A stretch of 64,000 bases of DNA, taken from NCBI GenBank assembly GCA_028023455.1, contig JAQFVV010000004.1:22072001-22136000 (forward strand), given 5' to 3'. The DNA is from Epiperipatus broadwayi (Eukaryota > Animalia > Onychophora). The position numbers and the translations under genes were made by a program. Shown here piece by piece: positions 39,505 to 53,109 of this stretch; the stretch's first letter is position 1; the number at the start of each line of letters is the position of its first letter. The notes under the pieces were generated by a model. That model had not been told where the DNA came from. It did no database searches and saw only the letters and a program-made list of their open reading frames with translations.

Positions 39505-39721
39505 TTATTTTCAGCAAGCATATACCGTCCAATTACTTAGACAAACTGGAGACAGCTATTATTTTCAGCAAACATCTACCTTCTCATTACTTAGACAAAT
39601 TGGACACAGACTTTTATTTTCAGCAAATATATACAGTCCGATTCCTGGGACAACCATAAAGCAACTTTTATTTTCAGCAAACCTATGTCGTCTGCTTACT
39701 TGGACAGGCTGGAGACAAACT
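39505..39721. repeat. Tandem repeat, 4 x 54-55 bp
   Basis: Units begin TTATTTTCAGCAA at 39505, 39559, 39614 and 39668. Confidence 0.9.
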
Positions 39722-42700
39722 AAACTCAACACACCTAATAGGTAGCACATATAGCCCCCTTATCAGTCTAAATTTCAATACCCTCCTATGAGCTATTGCA
39801 TTAGCCAACAATTCAATTATATTTTACATACATTCTTTTAATTTTTGTATCTCAAAGTATACCTTTTTCTAATATTGGAAATTATATAGTTTCCATCTTG
39901 GCTAATTAAATCACCCATTATGATTTCACTCTTTTAGATAAAATCAACTTTTTGATTTTATTTTTACAAATGATCAACAAGAATACAATTATAACAGTTG
40001 GGGAAGAGGTTGAATCTCATCGTATCTCATACAGGGCACCACCAGGCTATTGGAACCTGGAAAATTTATATAGTAGGCAGATATGCAAGTTAAAAATCCA
40101 ACTTTTCTTTTATTGACCGTTAGCCCATGCCACTAGCTTATGAAGTAGCAGAGGTTTTTAAAAAAATAAATAAACTAGATCACTGCCAGTACTAAGAACA
40201 CAAAAGATTTTATTCACATATATATAAGTGACAATAAACAAACTTGAAAAATAATTACTATAAAAAAAATTATGCTTTATGTTTCATTATTATTATTATT
40301 TAACTTTAATTTTTTTATCTTAGAATGCTTAGCATAGATACACCACCTAGACGACACAAAAGATTTTCAAAACATTTGACATCAGGCTAAAAGTCCGCAG
40401 CCACACCAACATTCGCATATCCAGATATATATCCGCAACCAATGCAATGTGAACATGTTAGCATAAAACCACACTGACAGGAATGTGCATCTGACAGCGT
40501 GATATTATTTGAAGAACATGATCTTCGTCCAGGACAGGAATGTGTGTCTGACTGGTGAAGGAATCATGCATATAAAATAATAAAGAGAAAACACTATGTA
40601 TGGATGGGAGAGCAGTCTATCTTGCTGACTTATAGTCTCTATCCATAGAGCTGAAAGGGGTCAATGTCGTGGGAAGTACTCCATGTCCATTTCAATGCCA
40701 TGGCTACATCTTTGGGGTCATGCATTCAGTTGGGCACGTTGCCCTGTATGCTAACACACTTCACATTACACCGATATGAACATCCATATATCCCTCCACC
40801 AGCATTGACACAACTATGAAACAAATAGTCTGAAATCAAAATCCCTTTAAACTAACATATACTTAAATGAGTCTAAGCAGCCATCTATACCCAACTTAAT
40901 ACTAACTTAATTTATTACAAAAAAAATATTTAGTTTAGGATATTTAACTTATTTTAAAATTATACATTGTATTCAACTTATTTTTACATCAAATAATATA
41001 TTTGACCTATTTTAAAATCTAATAATGCACAAATAATGATATGAATTTGCTTTTATCTTTAAATTTATGTTTGCCATTGCAAACTCCTACCCTATTACAA
41101 ACAGATCTTATACTAAACATAAATAAAAAAATATAATACAGATTTTAAAAAGATTATGTTTAAATTTTAGAGAAGACTTTTAAAATTGCAAAATTTATAA
41201 AATAAAGCAGATTTGATGAGGAGGGAAAATCTATAGTTCATATTTAAAGAAAAATAAAGTTTGGAGATTTTAAATTAAAGAGGGTTGATAGTTCATTTTT
41301 ATCCTTTATAATTTATACTTTCCTTTCTCTGGGCTCATTCCTTTGCGATGAAGATCTGAATTTACACAAGGGCCATTTATTGCAGACAATGATGATTTAT
41401 GAAGACTTATGACACTTTATGAAGATGGTTCCAGTCATTCGATCCTGGGATCCGTGGAGATGGAAGCTGCCTTTGGCTGTCCGGTCCGAGGGAAGTGCGA
41501 TTGAATAGATTACATTTTTGGTAACTGTGACAATAACTTTTTTTTTCTTTTCAGCAATGACAAACAAATTCAAAAATTCTAATCTTCTAATTATTTCTTT
41601 TGAATTTTTCCTTTTATAGTACTGAGGCGTCTTATCTAGGAATGTGCGGATCTATCTGACATATTAAGTAATTTTCCTCTGTGATCTGTATATATATCCT
41701 GGGTGGGAAAAGCAAGTCTTTTGTTTCTCTCTCTCGACTCTTATCTATTCCATACTAATCTTTTTAATGGTCATTTTGCCCTAAGGACCTGTTTGTAATT
41801 TTATTTTTAAGATTAAAAGGTTTTTATTATATTTATTTTAAGATTAAAATCTTTGCTTTGATTCTAAAAAATTTTTAAGCTTATTTTATTTCAATATTTA
41901 AATGAAACTTATTAATAAATTAATAACACATTATTTGTGCATTTTGAACTTCTGTGCTTTTAATTCATTATTAGATATTTACAAAAAAATATTTAAGTAC
42001 CAAAATTTAAATGTAACGTGTATATATCCATATATATATCCCATTACAATATATTTTAATTGCTAAAACATTTTTTAATAAAATTTAGTCTTTTTTTTGT
42101 AATTTGTTTGTTTTTAAATAAAAGATTATTAATTGTAAGGATGTTTAGATTATTTAAAATGGTTATTTTTAGTCAACAAAAGAAAATTATTAAAGAAGCC
42201 TGCAGAAAGCTTGTAAAAATCTTAGGAACTCAAAATTTTTAGCCATTATCTTGAATAAATAAATGAATAAATATTGACTACTGGATGAATAGCATGTTCC
42301 TATCCAATGGCCATATTTCACTTTTTTAAAAAGTCAATCAGAAACTGGTCATTCAGATTTTATGGCATTGACTTTGGCTTCTGAAGTCAAAGAAGAAAGA
42401 TAAATGTCAAAACTACATATTAAGATTATCAATAAATAATTTTAGTATTGATACATATGACAATCCATCCCACTTGATGGCATTGTTGATAGCCAAAAGT
42501 AGTTGAAAATACAGTTTATCAGGCACAACGTCTCAATTGCTATCAGTAATTGAGTGCTAGCAATTGAGTCTTTTGACTAACAGTCCTGTAGCATGTTTTG
42601 TGATCAATTACTCTCGCAATTCGCACTTAGCCTACCATATCAGTTAGCTCTGATACATGTTGTTTACTCTCTATATGAATGCTGACACTTAACATATCGC

Positions 42701-43075
42701 TGATAGGGTGTGAATAATTTTAATGATGAAAAGTGAACCAATATGCACTCAGAAGTAATTATTTTCAAACCTAAATAAATTACTATAAGGTCTTCCAAAT
42801 TGTCACACTATACCCAATGTCACCCCCCCCCCTAAACACATTAAAATTAGGAAATGTGGTAATTTGGCATAACTGAATCTAAAGTCTTGTATCTTGTGAG
42901 AGCTTGTGTTGATGAAAAAATGGCTACTTGTGAAAAAAAGTATTCGTTCAATCTGTCTCTATTGCCTAATATAGTAGATTATGGTTTGCAAAAAATATAT
43001 ATATAAAATAAAGGAACATTTATTACCAAACAAAAATAAATTGTTTATTGAGGCATTGTTTATCAACAAAAAAAT

Positions 43076-43623
43076 AAAACTATGTTTGAAGTAATCAAAT
43101 CAACGTTAATGAATATAAAAAAAAGTTAACAAATGAACATTTTGCAAATATATTAAATTACTCTCCAAAAAAAAAAAAAACCTAACCTAAAGGAACATTT
43201 CTTACAAAAGAAAAAAATATTGGTTATTTTTTAAAAAATTAAAATAAAGGAACATTTATTATAAAAGAAAAAAAAAAGCTTATTAATTGAAAGTTTATAA
43301 TTATTATTTTCAAAAATAATGAAATAACGTAATTTTAAAGAGTTGTCTGTGTATTGTTTATAAAACTATGTTTGAAGTAATCAAAGTTAGTGAAAAAAAA
43401 GTTAACAAACGAACATTTTGCAAATATGTTAAATTACTTTCCAAAAAAATCTAACCAAAGGAGCATTTCTTACAAAATAAAAAAATATTGATTATTTTTT
43501 TAAAAAAGCTAAAATAAAGGAACATTTATTATAAAAGAATTACTTATTAATTAAAAATCTATAAATTAGTTTCAAAAATAATAAAATAATGTAATTTTAA
43601 AGAGTTGTCTGTGTATTGTTTAT
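43076..43623. repeat. Tandem duplication, ~286 + ~262 bp
   Basis: Both units start AAAACTATGTTTGAAGTAATCAAA (43076, 43362) and end TTTTAAAGAGTTGTCTGTGTATTGTTTAT. Confidence 0.9.
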
Positions 43624-46178
43624 TTGTTAAAATATTAAAGAAAATGTAATGTCCCGGTAACGTTATATCGATGTGTTTTGTTTGGAAGAACAACGCCATC
43701 AAGCGGGATGAATTGTCATATGTATCAGTACCATAATTTCTTAGAAATAATTAATTATTTCAAATAATTAATTATTTCATTTCAAAAGGAGCATTTTAAC
43801 TTTTCAAAAAAAATTAAAAAGCTCTTTACATGAACTTTTTTATTTTACTTAAAACTCATAAAGTGATGATACTCTTTCTTTCCCTATTTCAATATTATTC
43901 CAGCATACTAACAATACATAAATCAAAAAACACACTTTTAAACTGGATTCCATAAAATGTAAAACTCGCTAATTAAGTCTTTTAATAAAACATAATTTTT
44001 TTTATACCTTCTGATATTCATTTTTTCATTGAGTTATAAAAAATTCTTCTGGATTAATAAAACATTAATGTTAATTGGTGTGTGCTTTATGAGTATTATA
44101 TTCAACCATTCTTTCTACTTTTTGGTGTTGATAATGTTTTAATGTTATTAGACTACTAATATTAAACAGCATTCCATGTAAACCCACGCCTTATTAAACT
44201 TTGGGTATCTTTTCTAATACATTACAACAACATGAGCTAAAATATTTTTAAAGCCATATTTGATTTAATTCTATATTTATTTATTCAAAAAAACAAAATG
44301 TGATCATTACAGTAACATTAGTTCTTACCAAAAAATACACATTTAAAATTCCATATAGACTTCAGACAATCTTTAAGTGCTTTAATTTTTAGTTCATTAT
44401 TTTAGAAAAAAAAACTTTAATAAAAAAACAATCACATATTAAATATCTGGTTCGTGGAAATAAATTAGTCTTTATGTATTAAGCATCTGTTAAGACATGT
44501 TACTAATTGCTGATAACTGAAGCAAATTGCAACACTATCTCAGAAGAGTTTGTTTTTAACTTACTCTATATATAACATTTGTAAATACAAGCTTTATTAA
44601 AATTAGGTCATCTGACTTGGATTTTTTATCAAGATAAATATAAATATGAAATTCAAGTTTATCTTTAGAAATAATTATCTGTGTAATATTAATGAATTTA
44701 TTAAATTCAGTCTAAAAAATTATTAGGATATAAGAAAAAAATGCACACTAAATATCACTCTATTATTACTATTACTAACAATATTATTATTTTCACCTAT
44801 CCATACAGTGATTTAAATCAACAATTGAAGATCCACAACTTACACTTACATTATCTATTACTATGGGTAATATAAATCCCCAAAAATGAATAAATTAAAC
44901 CTAATTACTATGAAAAAACTTTTAATAAAAATTAGGCTGTCTACATATCTGCTGCAATATGCATAACACTATGCTAATGAATACTTTAACTAGAATGAAA
45001 TCGAACTTACATGAAAAATTCCTCAATTACTACAATAAAATTTCTCCACTGTTGGTCATGGAGATATGCAATTAAGCAAAAGATTTTTGCAACATAGAAG
45101 CAAACTTACTCTTTCCCTATTGATATCTTAGTTATATTCAACATTTCATAATTTCTATGAAAATACATAACATTTTCAAAAGAAAAGCTTATCTTAACTG
45201 GGACATCAAATACAATCAGTATTTATTTGATTACATACACATATTTATATAGTAGAGTACATTTTGGAAATAAGCTATTAAATTGAAAGGGCTACTTTAT
45301 CAGTCAAAGATATAATTAGAAATCACTACTTAATTTTACTATTATTTATCAGTTATTTAAATATTTTTCTTCCTTCAAGCATTTAAAATTTATTTCTAAA
45401 TGTATCAAATTTAATGACTTTTATAAAATTCTTTTTTTTTTTTTAATTAAAAGTTTCTATTAGAACAGATTTTTTTTTTTTTTTAATGTCCTAAATTTTT
45501 AATAAAAAGCAAGGAGGACACAAAATATTAATCAGAAATTTTCTGAAATTAATACAATCTAAAAATAGAATACAGTATGACTGGAGGAGGTAAAAATTAA
45601 AAAAGGAAAAACTGGAAATAATCCAAAACTTATTATTCGTCATCATTGTGTTTCAGAACTTTTTTTCTCTTTCACTCTCTTATGAAAATACAAAATAAAC
45701 AAAATTCAATATGTATTTCAATGACTTTACATCCACAATATTTGTAAATATATGATTAAAATCAAACTTTCAATCCAAAAAATATGGTACAAAAAAATGA
45801 ACTATGTACAGATAAAAATGTTTGAATGATACATCATTCTAAAACTGATTTTAAATGCAAATCATGCATACTTAAATATTAAAAACAATTTTTTTTACAA
45901 ATAACTGAGAATGTTATATATAATTGAAACAACACCAATTAGTCTCATTGACAACTGAACTCTGAACTTTCTGTTGCATGATTTTTAAGAGTTCATCCAA
46001 AGCAAGTTAGATAGATATATAGTCTATAATAGCTGAAACACACAGGCTTATATATACCTGTGTCTATATATGTAATATATAGGGTATATGAGCACAGACT
46101 TTCACATGACCCGCCACTCTCAACACTATCTCATAACACTGATACACTCGAACACATATGTTGAAAAGATAAATAGTC

Positions 46179-46222
46179 ACCAATATACGTATTTCATGCT
46201 AAACCAGCAATCATCAGTTGGT
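46179..46222 (-). ncRNA. Minimal type I hammerhead ribozyme motif (minus strand)
   Basis: Reverse complement reads ACCAA CTGATGA TTGCT GGTTT AGCAT GAA ATACGTAT A TTGGT, identical to the plus-strand motif. Activity untested. Confidence 0.75.
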
Positions 46223-46298
46223 CCATTAAAGTAGGAGGTTGGGCTATCTTAATATATATCTGAGCACTTATAACATATGTGTAGAGATGATAATCTGG

Positions 46299-46342
46299 AC
46301 CAACTGATGATTGCTGGTTTAGCATGAAATACGTATATTGGT
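46299..46342 (+). ncRNA. Minimal type I hammerhead ribozyme motif (plus strand)
   Basis: Stem I ACCAA/TTGGT; core CTGATGA (46304-46310); stem II TGCT/AGCA with GGTTT loop (10.1-11.1 is U.U); GAAA (46326-46329); palindromic stem III ATACGTAT; AUA triplet with predicted cut after 46337. Stem I extends via ATAATC/GATTAT past a TGG bulge. Confidence 0.8.
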
Positions 46343-47559
46343 GATTATTTATCTTTTCAACATGTGTTCGAGTGTATCAGTGTTATGAGATAGTGTTGAG
46401 AGTGGCGGGTCATGAGAAAGTCTGTGCTCATATACCCTATATATTATATATAGTCTATAGTAATTATTATTACAAATTTCTTAGATATTGAAAATAAATT
46501 TATAACAGGGTCATATGAATTTGAACATGGATGCTATTTAATTTTAGATTGAGTTGTATCTACTATTCAAATTTTATTTGAAAGTGAATCATGAAATTAA
46601 ACATTATATAGATTTTAAAAATTTAGAAAATTAACAGTTTTAGCACAAGATATACATAAGAATTCACATGTATATCAATGATCCTGCCGAGATGATTTAT
46701 TGGCCCTATGAATAAGCAATAAAATATTTAGATTTATAAAAGAAAGTTTTAGTACATACATAGTGTTTACAACTGTTCATGTATACATGTACACATTTAT
46801 GTCATATGATCACTTTAAGATAATCTATTAATATTGGGTTTGGGAGTTCATAAAAAGACTGAGTATTGGAAGTGATAGAAAGAGCATGGTTTGAGTATCT
46901 ATGTTCCAGAGTCTGTTACTCTAGTACTCTAGCACTGTACCAAACTGGGCAAGGTATAAAAATATTTATGTTTAATGATAATACGCAAATGCCTTTACCT
47001 AATGTTTTATAAATATACATTTAGCATTCAAGATTCATAGAAAGCAATTTCTATTACCTTACTATTACAAGGTACATATTTCCACAAATGTCAGTAGTTA
47101 GAATTTTTGTCTTATATATATATATTGATGACATTTTGTTACACTTTAGAATAACTGAATAAAAAACAGTATTTTAATTAGCAAAAAGAAAAATACAGAA
47201 AAATTACTTAAATGTACCACTGTACACCTAGATATAAGTCAATTTTATATATATTATTATGTATAAATTAATCTGAAGGTCACATCATATTTAAGCTCTC
47301 TGGCAAGTTAATTTTATTACTGGGCTAACTACTCTGAATATTAAATATTAAAACTTAATTTATATTTAAAAAATGTGAGATAATTTTGCAACCATAGATA
47401 AAACATTTGACCATGTGTATTCCAGAGATGAGATCATAAATTTGACTAATGGAATAATAATTTAATTAAAACAAATTGCATCAATTAAAAGATATCATTA
47501 AAAAAGAAAAAATAAGAAAAAGATATCCATGGTGATAATTCTCAGAATAATATCAATAA

Positions 47560-49537
47560 AACCATTTGGCATTAAGGTATTAAGAGTCAGTGATTAAAGA
47601 TAAAATTTAACTTATATATTGCCACTACTATTTTCCAAAAAGTGCTCATCAATGGGACAGGCTGCTGTTTAAAACAGTAATAGACTCAGTCTGTACAAAT
47701 ATAAAATATGGGTCAGTTGTAATTAAGCTATAGACTGGCATGATACCAATTGATCTATTAATCAATGAATCAATAGAAACATTACTACCCTATTCAATAA
47801 TCTATTTTATTACAAATTTAAAATTGAACAAGGAAATACAAATTACTCTTAATGGAAAATATTCACCATATTTTATTCATTTTGATTCAATTCCACATGG
47901 TTCTTCACTAAGTGCCCTATTATTTGCATACGTCTATCCATTGAATAAAGCAATAAAAATGATTTGGCAGGAATATTCATACTTGGATTTAAAACAAATA
48001 TTCCATGTGTAGTATACATGGATGATATATTGATGTTTCTACATTGAAAAGATAAATTCCAAGATAGTTAAAAACTTTGCAAATTACAGCAACAAATACA
48101 AGTTTGACTTCAATATGGAGTAATCTAGTGCATGGTCTATTTACACAGGACCCTATCATGAAAAATACTTCAAAGGAAACAGCTCATTTGTAGGGTTTCC
48201 CTTTTATTTAATGAACATGAAAATGTGCTTACAAGTGCAAAGGAAACTTATAAATAAAATTGAGAGTATATAATCAATTCACTCTCCAAATTCTACTTAT
48301 CATTATATGCAAAAGTGTTCTATTTAATCTTTAAGTGATGACCAGGAGTTATACTTCCGTAATTATATACAGCAAGGCATTCTCATCAAAAATTGATTGC
48401 TTATGTAGAAAGCTATTGTAGAGTTTGGGAGTGGGGGAGGGGGGTGTTCCACAATATCAATTAAATTAATTCAAAATCCTCTAGTGCAAAATGAATTGGG
48501 GCTACACTCAAAATATTTCAAATTCAAGAAGCGCTCAATCTATAATCTTGAAGTAATCTTTAAAATTATACCTACCACCCTTTTACTGGGTATTTAAACA
48601 CTCTCCTTTTTAACATTGTTAAAACATTACAAGTTTAGTATTCTGCACACCTAGAAATAAATATAATTATTGGGAAGTCTACATATTAATCTTTCCACCT
48701 TCTCCAAATGACAATAATAAACCCTTTTAAACATAAACAATTAACCAAAAAATTTAAATTCTGGTTACTAGAACTTAAATACTATGGCTTTCTTCTTGGA
48801 AGTGCTACCAACTTTACATTTTTTCAGATATAGAAGGAATTGCATTAACACAGATGATATATGCTGGTCTTGCAATAAAGAATCAGAATTGCAATCACAA
48901 ATTCTGTTTTCATGTTCTATATTAGATTATATTCAATTGGTCATTCCCAAATTTTTCAAAAATAAAAACTGTACCATTCAAACACTTATTTAATCTTTTT
49001 TGAAAGGTAACTGTGAACAAATTAGGGGCAGTACATTTGCATTATTCTCGATAAAGCATACTAGATGTACAATTATATATATAATTCAAACACAAGACAG
49101 CTTCTCAATACCTTCTGGAATAAAATCAATATAATAAGATTAAGGGATAAAACAATTTCACTATCAAACATTTACGCATGAACTTGATCATTAATCCAAC
49201 AGCACTCAAGCTTATAACATGACATATTTTATCAAAAAAAATGGTGGAAAAAGAAATTGGATGAAAGAACAGTGGAAAGTAATTAGTTGCATATAATGTA
49301 TAATGATATAATATACAAGAACCAAGAATGTATATCTGCTACTTTGGACGATATTTTGGAGTTTCATCTTTATATAAATAACATTATTTTTTTGTTTTAT
49401 TTGATAGGATTTATAGGTTTGATATTTTGTTCTTTTTTCTTTATGTAAATATTATGTTGTTACTTTTTTACATATTTGTATTTTGTACAATCATTAAGTT
49501 CAATAAAGTTTCTTTTGAAAAAGAAAAAAGAAAAAAA
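47560..49537 (+). mobile_element. Tx1/L1-like LINE, 5'-truncated and decayed
   Basis: ITLNGKYS..., PHGSSLSALLF (47893-47925), VYMDDILMFL (YMDD 48015-48026), LSLYAK and C-terminal LPT...CWSC..E...ILFSC knuckle (48862-48915). AATAAA (49502-49507) followed by an A-rich tail to 49537. 5' boundary approximate. Confidence 0.75.
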
Positions 49538-51232
49538 CAATTGACATTCTTCAAATCAAAATAAAATTTATTTAAATTGCTCAAATTGCATAATGATGAT
49601 ATAAGAAAGTTATTGCTCCTAATCTATTTGATTACTTTTCTAATACTGAAAAAAAAAATCAATTCTTTAATAGTACAGAAAAAATATATATATATAATGA
49701 GATATTATTTTATTCTTTTTAAAAAATCAATTAATAATAAAATAACTCAATCATTTCATCTAGATAGACAAAAAATCCTAAGTTTTCTGAAATCTTTCTA
49801 TGTCTAAATTTTTTGAAGTTAAGACTTTTTCCCTCCTCAAAATATTGTTCAAAAATGTATAAAAATACTATTAAAAATATATATATATAAAAAGAAAAAC
49901 AGAAGATAAACTTAAATGTTCAAAAAGAAAGAATGGAGATCACTAATCAACTATATCAGTATTAAATAAATCAACTGATATCTTGATGACAGGTTTCTAT
50001 AAATGTTTTCTGGCTGCATGACTTTCTTCAAGACAAAAAGGATTATAATCTCTTGACTTATTCAATCCACTGTTGATTAAGATGGCAAGAAAAAAATTTT
50101 CTATCTGATAGATTGAGTTAAGAAGATCATGTGATTATATATATTCATCATATATATTATACTTTTATAATCTTAATTTAAACTTGGTATCATTATATAC
50201 ACACAAATTTTGTTAGCTTATTTCTTGTGTTTTAATTCTAAATTAATTAAAAAATAATCAAACAATTTATTTCATTATTAGATAGGAGACCAAATACACT
50301 CAAGGAAGTTAGTCATGTATACCGAAAAAATGAATATATGACAAGTGTTAGTAAAACATTTAACAAATAATGAAAACTCTGCGGTGTCACCATTATACGC
50401 TTTTAATGTGGAACAACATTAAGACCTTATCTTATTCCACACTCAGTTGGATGATGTCAAGCTACTGGAGGAGTTCATAAACCAAAATTTTATTTAATAC
50501 AATAAAATGTTTATAAAATCCAATTCCCCCCCCCCAATCCACCACCCCCCTCTACACTTAAAATAAACTTTCCCGTTTTCTAAAATATAAGCTTCCAAAC
50601 ATGGAAACGGAAAGAAAAAAAATATGAAAAGTAAAATCAAGATTGTAAGTAACAAAATAAAAATACAAATCAATTGCATAAAATAAAATAAAAATAATTT
50701 CTGAGTCTGGCAAGCACTGCTCATCATGTTGAAAACCTATTTATCCTGATGTAATAACTTCTCAGGCAATGTGCTGTCTGTAAGTTTAAGTGATGCACCC
50801 TCACTCCAATCATCAGTGCTGTCCAGTTTGTTTCCTTTGAAGATGCAGGAGATTCACTGAAGATAATCATCATCGACCAGTATTTAATAAAGGCATCTCA
50901 TACATCATAATGCTTCTATGGGCTTGAAGAGCTGCGTTCGGTTTCCCATGACATAGTTCTTTTAGCCAGATCACATTGCAGTTCTCTCTTTAGTATGTGT
51001 AGTTTTTCTGAAGTTGTTTTTATGCATTGGGAAATGGCATAAAAAACTGTCCTTGCTGATTGTTAGTGGTTATTTATTTATTCTCTTATGATGATTTGAT
51101 GTAAATTTGAAGTTTTCATTTTAATAATTAGCTCAATTCATTCAGTTTACTTCCATATTCTGGAGGTATTTCAGGTTTTGGTTTATACTGATGGATGAAG
51201 TAAATTACTGTTTATTCTTACACATTTGAAAT

Positions 51233-52728
51233 TTGATCTCAAAATGAACATATACATTCATCTTGCCCTGTTAAGAAAAAAAATACAGTTGTCAAGATGT
51301 TGACTTTCTCATGCTTGCTGTTATTGTGTAATTATACATCAACAATGCTATTAAAATAAATATTTATTGGGATTATCTTTTCATTTCCAAGTCTGGTTCC
51401 TTAGCAATATACTTGACATTAGGTTATTATCTTGTGAACTTTATTTATGTTTACATCATAATGTTGGTTAGTTGATGACTTACAATATTGTTGGTTAGTC
51501 ATATTTTCAATATATATATATGGTTGTATTTATTTTCTTAGTGTCTAACTTGAAACTTTATTTTTCTTTATAACTTAAACTTGCTGATTGTAGTGTTTAG
51601 TGTATACATGAATGTTTGAAAAAGAGTAAGCAATTGTTTAGCAAATGCTTGGTTAGGCTTAGTATGGTATAGCTTAATGCAGGTGGATGGTAGTTTCTAA
51701 GTCCCTTTACAACCCCCCTTTCCTTTTTACAGGGTTAAAATTTTAATTTGTACTCAAATTTTAATACCCATGAGTGTGTTGGTATGTTTTTAATGTATGG
51801 CAACTTTTTTTTAATTGGATGAAGAGTTGCTAAACTTATTTCTTGGCTACATATCTTTATAGCTAATTTTGAGTAGTTTACAATCTTTCAAATGGCTAAG
51901 CCATATCATTTGTGGGGTGATCTAGACTTAGGGCCTTTGATGGCATTATGATCAAAACACATACATTCATCTTGCTCTGTTAAAAAAAAATGCCTTGATG
52001 GCATTATGATCAAAACACATACATTCATTTTGCTCTGTTAAAAAAAAAATACAATTGTCAAGATGTTGACTTTCTCGTGCTTGCTGTTATTGCGTAATTA
52101 TACACCAACATAATACTATTAAAATAAATATTTATTGGGATTATCTTTTCATTTCCAAGTCTGGTTGCTTAGCAAAGTCTGGTTGCATAGCAATATACTT
52201 GACATTAGGTTATTATCTTGTGTACTTTATTTAAGTTCACATCATAATGTTGGTTAGTTGATGACTTACAATACTGTTGGTTAGTCATATTGTCAATATA
52301 TACATGGTTGTATTTATTTTCTTAGTGTCTAACTTGAAACTTTATTTTTCTTTATAACAAAAAAATATATAACTTGCTGATCGTAGTGTTTAGTGTATAC
52401 ATGAGTGTTTGAAAAAGAGTAAGCAATTGTTTAACAAATGCTTGGTTAGGCTTAGTATGGTAGTTTCTAAGTCCCTTTATAACCCCCCTTTCCTTTTTAC
52501 AGGGTTAAAATTTTAATTTGTACTCAAATTTTAATACCCATGAGTGTGTTGGTATGTTTTTAATGTATGACACTTTTTTTTTAATTGGATGAAGAGTTGC
52601 TAAACTTATTTCTTGATTACATATCTTTATAGCTAATTTTGAGTAGTTTACCATCTTTCGTATAGCTAAGCCATATCATTTGTGGAATGATATAGACTTA
52701 GAACCTTTGATGGCATTATGATCAAAAC
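51233..52728. repeat. Tandem duplication of ~710 bp with a 58-bp partial junction repeat
   Basis: Copy A ~51233-51958, copy B 51997-52728. GATGGCATTATGATCAAAAC at 51939, 51997 and 52709, with a variant at 52745. Confidence 0.92.
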
Positions 52729-53109
52729 TAGACTTAGGGGTTTTGAGGGCATTATGATCAAAACTCAACCAGAAATATGCCTCTGTCGCAGATGGCATAT
52801 GAGTTTATTTGCTAGCCTTCTTCCTGCACCCTTTCGAGACACTGGATTCATAAAAATCTGACTCCTGTATCTTGACTAGTCTCACGGTTTCCCAGTACCC
52901 ATGTTTGAACATTAGCTGGAAAATACCCTCATCAAACATAATATTCCTAGTCTTGTACATTTTTTTCTCTTTTTTTTTTGACCACCTGTTGTTACTACTT
53001 TTCTCTGGTGTGATTTTACATCATGTTTATACCTTGCTTGATTGTTACGTTCAGTCTTTAGCTGCATGACTGATTTAATGGGTTATCTTTAGGTTATTTG
53101 GAACAGCCA

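Larger units (their letters stand above)
46043..46453 (+). mobile_element. Non-coding inverted-repeat element carrying two hammerhead ribozyme motifs (putative non-autonomous PLE/retrozyme-like)
   Basis: Near-identical ~160-bp arms 46064-46225 / 46296-46453 around a 70-bp core. Homology to the 10.7-kb copy extends left to CAGGCTTA at 46043. Confidence 0.85.

Noticed and set aside
39505-39721. CRISPR-like appearance (constant head plus variable tail)
   Set aside because: The variable parts are homologous to each other, the context is eukaryotic and there are no cas genes.
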